64,000 bases of DNA from the sequence record MZ475897.1, one strand, 5' to 3'. The translations under genes and the position numbers were made by a program. The number at the start of each line of letters is the position of its first letter. Position 1 is the first letter of the stretch. The notes below the pieces were generated by a model. That model made no database searches. It saw nothing but the letters and a program-made list of their open reading frames with translations, and was not told the origin of the DNA. This document shows positions 28,518 through 37,484 of this stretch, in pieces.

Positions 28518-29618
28518 ATGACAGGTCCTCTCGATCTCACTAATCCACAGCACTTCGAACTGTATTCGCTGCACAGCGTTGATGCACAGTATATCAATCT
28601 GTGTGACGCGCTCCTCACTCAGGGTACGCACGAATCTGACCCAGAGCGCACTGCTGATACGTGGCATACGCTGATCGGCATCGGCTTCCAGTTGTCTAAC
28701 ACCAACATCGCTTTCCCTGCGCTGCTGTCTAAGCGTGTCAACGTCCGTGCAGCTATCGATGAATCATGCTGGTTCGCACGCGGTGAAACGAACATCGCAA
28801 CTCTCGGTTCTAAAATCTGGAACGAGTGGGCAGACGAAGAAGGCGAGAACGGTCCTATCTACGGCTTCCAGTATCGCAACTGGCCTGACATTAAAGTGTT
28901 CAACACTGTCGAAGGTATGATTGAGCAGCACATCCCACCAGCAATGATTGAGCGCATCTCGAAAGAGATCAACCGCATGAAGGCGCAGGGCTATATCGAA
29001 ACTGCGTTGCCTGACGGTCGCGTGTTGTACGAAGGCTATATCGATCAGTACGCTGATGCACTGCGTCAAATCATGGCGCGTAGTCGCAGCCGTCGCATTC
29101 GTGTGCAAGCGTTCAACCCTGGTTACGTTGGTATGCAGAGCCTGCCTCCGTGTCATACCGAGTTTGAGTTCAACGTGACCAAAGCCACTGCGTATGAAAT
29201 TGCGCAGATGGAAGCACGCTCAATGCGTCCTGACGACGACTCACTGCATATCGTGGTGACGATGCGCAGCAATGATGCACTTCTCGGGCGCCCCTTCAAC
29301 ATCGTTGGCTACAGCGCCATGCACCAGTTGTTTGCGAAGTGGGCGGGTCTGAACGTTGGTTCGTTTACTCTGAATGTGACCAATATGCACATGTACGATC
29401 ACCACCGCGAAGCGTATGCACAACAGCGTGAGCAGTGGCTGGAACTACAGACGCAGATGCAGACGACAGGCAAACCTGTTGTTTACCCTACCCTCGAAAT
29501 CACTGACGACATTCTGGGCCTGACGCCAGAAGAGCTGCTGGATAACGTCAACGTCGATTGGTTCGAGCTGGTGGACTACTCTCCTAAACCTGCTGTTAAA
29601 GGACGCGTAACCAAATGA
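28518..29618 (+). CDS. thyA: thymidylate synthase family enzyme (dUMP-specific)
   Basis: GPIYGFQYRNW, LPPCH, MRSND, PFN (Asn, the dUMP determinant), HMYDHH. Confidence 0.82.
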   Translation: MTGPLDLTNPQHFELYSLHSVDAQYINLCDALLTQGTHESDPERTADTWHTLIGIGFQLSNTNIAFPALLSKRVNVRAAIDESCWFARGETNIATLGSKIWNEWADEEGENGPIYGFQYRNWPDIKVFNTVEGMIEQHIPPAMIERISKEINRMKAQGYIETALPDGRVLYEGYIDQYADALRQIMARSRSRRIRVQAFNPGYVGMQSLPPCHTEFEFNVTKATAYEIAQMEARSMRPDDDSLHIVVTMRSNDALLGRPFNIVGYSAMHQLFAKWAGLNVGSFTLNVTNMHMYDHHREAYAQQREQWLELQTQMQTTGKPVVYPTLEITDDILGLTPEELLDNVNVDWFELVDYSPKPAVKGRVTK

Positions 29619-30277
29619 TGCTAATCAGCCGCATTGCTGCATTCCTGTATGTTGGGTATGCAGAGTCAGTGGAAGACATTCCACGTTTGCTTGTCGAAAA
29701 AGTTAAGGTGCGCATCGAAGATCCCGATTGGGACCCGTTTGATGACGTTACCGTCGAAGATGCACCGCCTATTCTCGAAATGACAGGCAAGGTCATATAT
29801 CATCTGCCGCTCAACTGCTTCCTGATTGACGGTCGCATGGAGCAGGACGAATCGTCCGAAGATACTCTCAAGATGCAGAAGTATTGTCAGACCAACTTCT
29901 TCAAGCACAAGCAGACGCGTAATGGCCGTGTAGGCATTGCCGTGGACAGCATGATCAGAGAACTGTCTTATGCAGAGGCACAGCACCCTAACTGGCCTAC
30001 TGAGCCTCTGCACGCTGGTGCTATCCTTGCAGAAGAAGCTGGTGAGTGTCTGCGTGATTGCGTGTCATACGATGAAACAGGGCGTGAAGATCTGCTTGCA
30101 TCTATGGCAGAAGAAGCGGTGCAGACAGGCGCTATGGCGATTCGTTTTCTGATCAATGCGCATCGCTCTAAAGAGCGCACGCTGCCTCGCTCTACAGTCC
30201 GTGACCTGCTGTCAGACACATCCATTCCTCTGGCTGAGCGTGTTGCTAAACTTCTTGATGTGGTGGACGCTAAATGA
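29615..30277 (+). CDS. MazG-like all-alpha NTP pyrophosphatase domain protein
   Basis: WPTEPLHAGAILAEEAGE...EEAVQTGAMAIRF (EExGE...EE acidic pattern). Confidence 0.6.
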   Translation: MMLISRIAAFLYVGYAESVEDIPRLLVEKVKVRIEDPDWDPFDDVTVEDAPPILEMTGKVIYHLPLNCFLIDGRMEQDESSEDTLKMQKYCQTNFFKHKQTRNGRVGIAVDSMIRELSYAEAQHPNWPTEPLHAGAILAEEAGECLRDCVSYDETGREDLLASMAEEAVQTGAMAIRFLINAHRSKERTLPRSTVRDLLSDTSIPLAERVAKLLDVVDAK

Positions 30278-31185
30278 AACTACTTGCACTTATTCCAGCT
30301 GCTACCACCAATGTTTTCCGCACGCTGCATTGTGTAGGCACGGCAGAAGAGTTCCCTGTAGGCGAGCATCCTAAGTGGGATGGCTTTGGCTTGAACCTGA
30401 CTAACGTCAAAATCATTCCTGACCTGGCTAAAGACGCCGTGCCTGATTCGTTCTATGTTACTATCGATAGCCACCTCGACTGGTCTGTTGATCTTGACCG
30501 TATCGATACGTTCAGCGCTGATTATCTCATCTGGTGCGGTAAGCATACGCCTTCAATTGAAGCTGTGCTCGAAGCCCACATGATTAAAGGCCAGCTGCCG
30601 AATCTGGTGCAGGACTTCGATGCGTTCGTTGCAGATCTGCAAGAGCGTCTGGACAACATGACCAGCCTCGCTAAAGATCGTATGACCATTTCAGGCAGCA
30701 CGCTGATCGATAGCGACACCACAGCCAAGTATAACCTGTGGGCTATCTATCGTCACTGTCTAATGTTGGACAACAAGATGGTCCTGCTGTACGGTAAGGA
30801 CAATCACATCCATGTGTCCGACACGCACGTATCTGAAAAGGGTATCGGCTGGTGGTTGACCGAGCATAACAAACACATGATGAGCATTGCACAGCAAAAC
30901 GATCTGCTGGCCGCTTACATTACGTTTGAACGCGATAGCTCTGGCTATACGTTTGTTGGTGCTGACGGTACTCAGGTTAAACGTCCTGTCGAAAGCAGCG
31001 AGTTCATGCACATGGCGCATCACGGCCTGTTCCCTAAAGTTGTAGTGCGTGAAGATGAAGACGGACGTAACTTCGAACTGTCGTTTGATTACGCCGAATA
31101 CTTCCCACAAGCGTATCACGATTTTGTCAATCATGCGTGGGCCGGCCGTTCTGATCGTTCACGCGATTTGGTTCGCTTCATCTGA
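30274..31185 (+). CDS. hypothetical protein
   Basis: 303 aa coupled ORF. Confidence 0.6.
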   Translation: MKLLALIPAATTNVFRTLHCVGTAEEFPVGEHPKWDGFGLNLTNVKIIPDLAKDAVPDSFYVTIDSHLDWSVDLDRIDTFSADYLIWCGKHTPSIEAVLEAHMIKGQLPNLVQDFDAFVADLQERLDNMTSLAKDRMTISGSTLIDSDTTAKYNLWAIYRHCLMLDNKMVLLYGKDNHIHVSDTHVSEKGIGWWLTEHNKHMMSIAQQNDLLAAYITFERDSSGYTFVGADGTQVKRPVESSEFMHMAHHGLFPKVVVREDEDGRNFELSFDYAEYFPQAYHDFVNHAWAGRSDRSRDLVRFI

Positions 31186-31236
31186 TCGTCGCGCTGTCTG
31201 CTGTCAGTAATTTGAAGCTACTATAGGAGACAGCGC

Positions 31237-31575
31237 ATGAAATATGATAAGACCAAAGACTACCAACCGTTCAAGTATCTTGAGCCAGACCCAAAGGCCC
31301 CAAGAGTAGGCTTCTACGGTTCGACTGGCCACACTGTCACAAAGGACGTTCTGATAGGGCAGGACGTATGCGAGTTTGAGTTCAAGCCCGAAGAGTTGAA
31401 CAATATGAATCGCGGTACGTTGCTCTTTCGTGCTAAAGATAGTGGCGGAACTATTGTCGTAAAGAAATGCTCTGTGCTTGGATTGAAAATGGTAATTACG
31501 CTAGAGAGAAGGGTGATTCAGTTCGGCAAGGTTCAAGCTGAATGGATGACCACATCCCGACTGTATAACTACTAA
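31237..31575 (+). CDS. hypothetical protein
   Basis: 112 aa ORF with AGGAG RBS. Confidence 0.6.
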   Translation: MKYDKTKDYQPFKYLEPDPKAPRVGFYGSTGHTVTKDVLIGQDVCEFEFKPEELNNMNRGTLLFRAKDSGGTIVVKKCSVLGLKMVITLERRVIQFGKVQAEWMTTSRLYNY

Positions 31576-31617
31576 CTGTAAATACATTGTACAGAAGCAA
31601 CTACAAGAGAAAAGAGA

Positions 31618-32316
31618 ATGGCAAAAATTGCTAAAGCAAAGGAAGGGAAAAAGAAAAGCAACCCTATGTTGATTGACCTGAAAAAGTTCAAGTCAGTTAA
31701 ACAGCTTAAGGGTGCGAAGTACAACCCTCGTTTCATTACAGACAGCCGACTGAGAGCGCTCGAAGGTTCTTTGGGCAGCTTCGGCGATTTGTCTGGCGTG
31801 GTGTTCAACAACAGCGTAGACAGTGGCGTGCTGATCTCAGGCCACCAGCGTCTCAAGTCGATTGAGAAGTGGGACTCGCGCATTGAGATTCAGCAAACGT
31901 CTGACAAGTACGGCACGGTAGCGCTGGGTTATATCCATGCCACCAGCGCCAAAGGTAAAACGATCAGCATCCCACTGCGTATCGTTAACTGGTCAGATAA
32001 GAAAGTGGAGTTTGCTGCTAACATTGCTGCGAACGCCCACGGCGGTGAGTTCGATAACAAAAAGCTCGCGTCTCTTGTTGAGAAGCTGGACCTGACTACA
32101 ATCAAGCCAGCTCTTATCGGGCTTGACCCGTTAGAGATTCGCGGCCTGCAACAGACGCTGAGCAAACAAGCTATCGTCGAGCAGGAAAAGCGTGTTGGTA
32201 AAACAACAGGCAAAATGAACGGCAGCACTGGCGAGTTCAAAGAGTACACGACTGATGAAGTTGGTACTGCGCTGACCTGCACCTGCCCACGTTGTGGCTT
32301 TAAGTTCGAGGGATAA
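31618..32316 (+). CDS. ParB/Srx N-terminal domain protein with C-terminal Zn knuckle
   Basis: YNPR.I......L..SL..FG, LISGHQR, ANIAAN..GGEFD, CTCPRCG. Confidence 0.78.
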   Translation: MAKIAKAKEGKKKSNPMLIDLKKFKSVKQLKGAKYNPRFITDSRLRALEGSLGSFGDLSGVVFNNSVDSGVLISGHQRLKSIEKWDSRIEIQQTSDKYGTVALGYIHATSAKGKTISIPLRIVNWSDKKVEFAANIAANAHGGEFDNKKLASLVEKLDLTTIKPALIGLDPLEIRGLQQTLSKQAIVEQEKRVGKTTGKMNGSTGEFKEYTTDEVGTALTCTCPRCGFKFEG

Positions 32317-32317
32317 C

Positions 32318-34453
32318 ATGATCATCAAGCCGCCTACAATGAAAGAGATTAATAAGCTGCCCAAGCCCTGGTCAGGTATGAGTTTCTTTGCAGGTTGCGG
32401 TGGTTCATCTACCGGTCACAAGATGGCCGGTATTAACATCCTACTGAGCAACGAGTTCGTGGACGCGGCTCGTGAATCGTATGAAGCGAACCATCCAACA
32501 ACCAAAGTGTTGCCCCACGATATTCGTCGTCTTGACCCGAAAAAGCTGCTTAGCTATTGCGGCCTGAGTCAGGGCGAACTGGACTTGCTCGACGGCAGTC
32601 CTCCGTGCTTCACCGAAGACACGTTCATTCATACAGACACTGGTATGAAGTTCATCACTGATATGCGCATCGGTGACTTCGCTATGACCTCTGTTGGTAA
32701 GTATCATCCTGTGTATGACACGATGGTACGTCCGTATGATGGTCAGATGCACAGAATTGAAACGCTGCTTGGTCAGAACAATGCAACGCCTGAACATCCG
32801 TTCTTTGTTCGTCGTCAGAGCGAAGAGGGTGGCGGGTACAGTGAGCCGTTCTGGTGTGACGCTAAAGATGTGCAGGAAGGCGATTTGTTGGGTACGCCTC
32901 GTGTTACGCCTGATATGGGTGAAGCACACACGCATGAGATTATCTCGTCGTTGACTGCACAGCTTGTGCGTTGGATTGCATTGCCTGAGTTCTGGTGGCT
33001 GATTGGTCACTGGTGCAATCGCGGTGCAATCGATAAGATTCGTGGTGTCGATGTTATTCAGTTCACCTCGATGACAGCGATGGAAAACTCGCTGGTGGAA
33101 CAAGCGTTCGACGTGCTCAAGTTAAGCAGCATCAATAGCGCTTCGTCCGACATGGGCGTTCATCGTAAGACCGTTCGTGTTGTTATGGACACAGACCTGT
33201 TGCTGTTCTTGCGTATGTTTATCGCACAGGGCAAGAAGTCTATGTCCCGCCGTCTGCCTGGCATGATCTTCCATCTGGCCAAAGAGCTGAAACAGCAATT
33301 CATTCTCGGCTATCTGGGTCGTGATTACGTCACAGCAATGGGCGTTGGTCATGCGTTAGAGGCTGACTCAAAGCGCTTCCTCGTTGAGATGAATTACCTG
33401 TGCTGCTCTGCGTTCAACCGACCGCTGTTCGATGCAATGTTGTTCACTGACTTGCATTACGGCAGTCCTATGTTACCGCCGAGTCGCTTCATCACCAAAG
33501 AGCACATCGGCTTCCTGTTCTTGCAAGAAGAGGTTAATTTCTTCTTCGAGTTCGAGCCGGAAGACCCGCATCTGTGGGTTGAAGTGATTGAGAACTTTAC
33601 GCACCATGAAACGTGCAACGTCTACAACTTCTCAGTCAGTGTTGATGAGACGTATGTTGCCAACGGTATGGTCGTACATAACTGCAAAGGGTTCTCGACT
33701 GCTGGCGTGAAAGAAGACGGCTGGGGCAAAGAGGTTAAGTACAGCGGCAACAAGTATCAGCAAGTCGATGACCTGTTCGATCAGTATTGCCGTATGCTCA
33801 AGCACATGCAGCCTAAAACGTTCACTGCGGAAAACGTTAGTGGCCTCGTTAAAGGTGCGTCGAAGGGTTACTTCATTGAAATCATGAAGACCTTTGATCA
33901 GCTGGGCTACTATGTGCGAGCGCCGTTGCTTAATGCTGCGTGGCTTGGTGTGCCTCAGTCTCGTGAGCGTATCATCTTTATGGGTGTGCGCAAAGACGTG
34001 GCGAAAGCACTCGGCTATAAAACTGCGTTGACTGCTGTGCCTGATGTAACACCTCAATCAAGCATGGCGTTCCTTGCAGATGCATTGCCGAACATTCGTC
34101 GCTATAAAGGTACGGAGCGTGACATTATCAAGTATCTGCCTGCTGTTAACGGCCCGATGCCTACGATTACCGCTGCTGATGCTATCGCATACGAAACAGC
34201 ACGCTTCTCCTCTGCTGGCTTCATTGAAGACGACAAAGGGCACAGACGCAAGCTGACGATTGACGAACTCAAAGTTGTGTCAGGCATGCCTAGTGATTAC
34301 GTGCTCACAGGTAAGTTTGAAGAACAATGGGAACGTCTCGGTCGTGTGTGCGTACCTGCAATGACGTGTGCTGCGGCAAGCGCGTTGATACGCCATGTGC
34401 TTGAGCCTTACGCGAAGCTGCGTAAAAAGAAACCTGGGGATCGTTTTCGTTAA
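32318..34453 (+). CDS. C5 cytosine DNA methyltransferase homologue, intein-containing; predicted carboxymethyltransferase
   Basis: Motif I FFAGCGG, IV GSPP/CKGFS, VI ENVSGL, VIII QSRER, IX RKLTIDE, X reads LGRVC instead of xGN[AS]V; start ATG 32318. Confidence 0.88.
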   Translation: MIIKPPTMKEINKLPKPWSGMSFFAGCGGSSTGHKMAGINILLSNEFVDAARESYEANHPTTKVLPHDIRRLDPKKLLSYCGLSQGELDLLDGSPPCFTEDTFIHTDTGMKFITDMRIGDFAMTSVGKYHPVYDTMVRPYDGQMHRIETLLGQNNATPEHPFFVRRQSEEGGGYSEPFWCDAKDVQEGDLLGTPRVTPDMGEAHTHEIISSLTAQLVRWIALPEFWWLIGHWCNRGAIDKIRGVDVIQFTSMTAMENSLVEQAFDVLKLSSINSASSDMGVHRKTVRVVMDTDLLLFLRMFIAQGKKSMSRRLPGMIFHLAKELKQQFILGYLGRDYVTAMGVGHALEADSKRFLVEMNYLCCSAFNRPLFDAMLFTDLHYGSPMLPPSRFITKEHIGFLFLQEEVNFFFEFEPEDPHLWVEVIENFTHHETCNVYNFSVSVDETYVANGMVVHNCKGFSTAGVKEDGWGKEVKYSGNKYQQVDDLFDQYCRMLKHMQPKTFTAENVSGLVKGASKGYFIEIMKTFDQLGYYVRAPLLNAAWLGVPQSRERIIFMGVRKDVAKALGYKTALTAVPDVTPQSSMAFLADALPNIRRYKGTERDIIKYLPAVNGPMPTITAADAIAYETARFSSAGFIEDDKGHRRKLTIDELKVVSGMPSDYVLTGKFEEQWERLGRVCVPAMTCAAASALIRHVLEPYAKLRKKKPGDRFR
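32606..33682 (+). mobile_element. intein (359 aa) with degenerate LAGLIDADG region
   Basis: Begins CFTEDT, block B ATPEHPF, ends YVANGMVVHN followed by Cys+1; remnants WWLIGHWCNRG and FILGYLGRD. Confidence 0.9.
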
Positions 34454-34462
34454 GGAGCAGTT

Positions 34463-34546
34463 ATGTTGTGGGTCGGGTTTATTTTAGGTTTTATGCTCGG
34501 CACACTGCTGACGTTGTTGCTGCCTATCCCTTACTTGTCATGGTGA
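34463..34546 (+). CDS. 27-aa hydrophobic peptide
   Basis: AAGGAG RBS; MLWVGFILGFMLGTLLTLLLPIPYLSW; absent from the ORF track. Confidence 0.4.
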   Translation: MLWVGFILGFMLGTLLTLLLPIPYLSW

Positions 34547-34616
34547 CAATCTGTGTATTATCTCCGAAGCATGTCACATTTGAAGGTGGGCATATCGTCC
34601 ACTAGGAGATAGTATT

Positions 34617-34787
34617 ATGACAAACGTAAACACAAACGAAATCGAAACCCCTTGGTACGAAGCAGACGATGAGCAGCTAACCGCAGAGCACATTGCAATC
34701 ATTCAGCAAAAGGCTAATGCTGATGCGATAGCTCGCGGAAAGCCGTTGCCGGATGCGGATGCCCCGAGCTGGATTCGTCTGTTCTAA
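34617..34787 (+). CDS. 56-aa hypothetical protein
   Basis: AGGAG RBS; MTNVNTNEIETPWYE...SWIRLF; absent from the ORF track. Confidence 0.55.
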   Translation: MTNVNTNEIETPWYEADDEQLTAEHIAIIQQKANADAIARGKPLPDADAPSWIRLF

Positions 34788-35124
34788 AATAAACTTGGGA
34801 CAAGGATGTCCTTTGGAGAATGCCATGAACGATCCCGTTGTTCTTTGGTCTATTATCGGTGTGCTGTTGTTTCTGCTTGCGTGCGGTGGTGCGTTCATCT
34901 ATTTCTTGCTGCGCACTGTATCGGAGACAATCTTCCGGAGTCTCTGGGGTGGACACTAGACTGCGTGTGGGTCTAGCCTTCATCATTACAGGGGCACTCA
35001 CATTCATGTCCTGTAGATCACTGGATATGTTATTTGATGACGCCCTACCAATATCTTTAGTGTTCGGCACTCTTGTCGCACTGCATGAGTTTCATTATCT
35101 CATGTCAATGAGGGATTTTGAAAA

Positions 35125-35361
35125 TTGAAAATACCTAAAAAGTGGCGAACGGCTTCGAACTCGTTGGCGCACACTGTTGAGATTATTAACGATAATGCGC
35201 AACTCGTTGTCGTGTATAAAGTGTGGTACGCTAGGCGCAAACGCTGGGAGTATTGTGCTGAGCCTATCGAAGTCGTCTTGTATATCATTAAGGACCTGCA
35301 TTTTGGCGGGTCTCTTGCCGAACTCCGAGCAATTAAAGCCAGTCGAAAAAACAGCAACTGA
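35125..35361 (+). CDS. hypothetical protein
   Basis: TTG start after GAGG. Confidence 0.45.
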   Translation: MKIPKKWRTASNSLAHTVEIINDNAQLVVVYKVWYARRKRWEYCAEPIEVVLYIIKDLHFGGSLAELRAIKASRKNSN

Positions 35362-35480
35362 AATACTACACAGGCAAACCGAATGTGTCTTGGCCCGACC
35401 AAGACGAAACCGCCGAGTAATCGGCACTCATGGTGTGAGACACACAAGTGAACTCACCCTCTACCTAAAAGGTATGTAAT

Positions 35481-36347
35481 ATGACTAAGCAACACACTAA
35501 CTACAGCTCCGCATTCGCTATCAATGAAATGGCCGTGCTGTCTTTTGATAGCTTCGGTTCGGATAAGCTGTACGGCGTTGTATCAGGCGTTATGTTCTAC
35601 GGCCCACAACGTATGTATCGCGTCAGTATATTCGCCAACGACGGTCCTGAGTCGGCGCCTACTGCGTTCCTGCATGAAGGTCGTCCTATCGATGGATTCA
35701 TTGCAGATGACCTGCTGCCTGTAACTGACCAGTACGTCCCTCATATCGGTCATGTTGGTCGCTACGAATCAACTGACCACAAGACGTTTGGTGACTCACC
35801 ATTCACTAGTGGTCAATTGGTTGAAATCAAGATCAAAGATATTGCCGACAGCTTTAACGTGCCTGTTCTCATCACAGGCGTCACTTACGTTGAAGGTAAG
35901 ATCATGTACGATGTGAGCATCGAGCGCGCCTACTACAGTGATGGTCGTGTTAACGGTGGTCGTCTGGTGCGTGATATTCTTACCGGCATTGATGGTATCT
36001 TCATCAAACCTGTTGGTGGCTGGCCAGAAGAAGGCGATGACATTAGTGAGTATGCGCTGGAGATTGGCGTCGAAGACAGCGCTGTGCCTATCTCAAACGA
36101 TATTTTTGACGCGGCGTATGATGCGCATCTCTTAGGCGTTCAGTGTGGTGAGCTGAATAAGCACGCTGCCCGCAATTTCTTAGGCGCTTACATCAACGCT
36201 GAGAATGCGCGTGTGGAAAAGTATCTCGGTGCACGTACGGGTCGCTGGGACACAAGCAAACTGAATGAAAGCTCCAAACCTCGTTCAGTATCAGACATTG
36301 ATACGTCGAAGATCTCCCAAGTTCAGCCTTGGCCGAAAGATGAATAA
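35481..36347 (+). CDS. hypothetical protein with internal duplicated beta domain
   Basis: F...E...L....GVVSGV.F.....MYRVSI and F..GQLV.I....VLITGV.Y.....MYDVSI. Confidence 0.6.
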   Translation: MTKQHTNYSSAFAINEMAVLSFDSFGSDKLYGVVSGVMFYGPQRMYRVSIFANDGPESAPTAFLHEGRPIDGFIADDLLPVTDQYVPHIGHVGRYESTDHKTFGDSPFTSGQLVEIKIKDIADSFNVPVLITGVTYVEGKIMYDVSIERAYYSDGRVNGGRLVRDILTGIDGIFIKPVGGWPEEGDDISEYALEIGVEDSAVPISNDIFDAAYDAHLLGVQCGELNKHAARNFLGAYINAENARVEKYLGARTGRWDTSKLNESSKPRSVSDIDTSKISQVQPWPKDE

Positions 36348-36353
36348 ATGACT

Positions 36354-36379
36354 AAAGGGTGGCTTCGGCTGCCCTTTTT
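36354..36379 (+). terminator. Rho-independent terminator, identical to 19120-19145
   Basis: AAAGGGTGGC-TTCG-GCTGCCCTTTTT. Confidence 0.85.
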
Positions 36380-36414
36380 AGATCTGTAAACAACTTATAC
36401 AAGAGGAGCATACA

Positions 36415-36768
36415 ATGAAAGACTATGTTATGAAGCGCCTTGCGGAAGACAATATCGATCCTGAAAACAAGGATATGATTATGAGCCGCATCCGCGATAT
36501 TATGGGAGGTGTGTTGCGTGCGCAGCCTACCTTGCCTCATATGTTCGGGGCACTGGAACACTCACGCGTACCGTCACTGTTTGATGCAATGGTTGTCTGC
36601 GATCACACGAACAACTCTGAGGAGGATATTGCAAACAACATCCTTAACGTTTCTATTCTCCCTCGCACTCCAGTACAACAAATTTATTTCAACATCGATC
36701 CTGGGAGCAAAGAAGATGCGTCTTTTATTTCAAAGACTGTTAAAGTTTCTAAGTCTGAGCAGCAATAA
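36415..36768 (+). CDS. hypothetical protein
   Basis: GAGGAG RBS. Confidence 0.6.
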   Translation: MKDYVMKRLAEDNIDPENKDMIMSRIRDIMGGVLRAQPTLPHMFGALEHSRVPSLFDAMVVCDHTNNSEEDIANNILNVSILPRTPVQQIYFNIDPGSKEDASFISKTVKVSKSEQQ

Positions 36769-37165
36769 ACCTAAGCAGGTTCATGATCGTGAGCTGCGCA
36801 AGTATCTGGCGCCTAAGCGCGAGCCATTCAACCCAGCTAAAGGCACTCGTATCCCGCCAGTAGTCGACCGTGACTTGGAGTATCGTCGTCGCGTTCTCGC
36901 TACGGGCGGTCAACCGCCTAAAGCTGACCCTTCTTTGCGCTCCAGCCCTCAACGCCGCAGAGACGATGTAGTTCCGTCACGAGTTGTGATGATGGATGTT
37001 AGTACAGGCTTCGGTCCTAGTAAGAAGATCCCATCGCACAGCCAGCGTGATTCTGATTCTTACTGTTCACCACATCATACGCACCACACACCGAGTCATA
37101 CACCGTCTGATAACTATGATGGCGGCTCGAATGATGGTGGCGGTGGAGGAGGTTCTTGTGATTAA
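36716..37165 (+). CDS. hypothetical protein with His/Ser/Gly-rich tail
   Basis: Ends DGGSNDGGGGGGSCD; start moved to ATG 36716. Confidence 0.5.
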   Translation: MRLLFQRLLKFLSLSSNKPKQVHDRELRKYLAPKREPFNPAKGTRIPPVVDRDLEYRRRVLATGGQPPKADPSLRSSPQRRRDDVVPSRVVMMDVSTGFGPSKKIPSHSQRDSDSYCSPHHTHHTPSHTPSDNYDGGSNDGGGGGGSCD

Positions 37166-37484
37166 AGTGTTATTGAACGCGATCGGTCTCCGCCTGATTA
37201 CTAAAGCGAATCGCCGTAAGATAGAACAACACCACTACATGATGCAGGCCTGTACGGATGTGTATGACTGGTGTGGTGCCGAGTTCCCTCAAGCTGCTGA
37301 GGCTGTTGAGCATGTTCGCACACGCGCACTCGGCTATGAAGGACGCTCTGGCCACAATAGCAAAATCATGACCCCGTACGAAGCACATACGGGCATCAGC
37401 AACTGGCGTGAACTTATGCGCAGTAAGTATAAGGATTGGCCGCCCGTTGATTTCCCTCTTGAGTACAAGAAAGACAATGAGTAA
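37158..37484 (+). CDS. hypothetical protein
   Basis: GTG start after GGAGG. Confidence 0.5.
   Translation: MIKVLLNAIGLRLITKANRRKIEQHHYMMQACTDVYDWCGAEFPQAAEAVEHVRTRALGYEGRSGHNSKIMTPYEAHTGISNWRELMRSKYKDWPPVDFPLEYKKDNE

Noticed and set aside
28518-29618. dCMP hydroxymethylase feeding the glycosyltransferase (T4-like glucosyl-hmC)
   Set aside because: The specificity residue is Asn (PFN), not Asp, which indicates dUMP
34454-34820. tRNA or structured RNA in the apparent gap after the MTase
   Set aside because: The gap is filled by short ORFs with RBSs; no cloverleaf or T-loop motif seen
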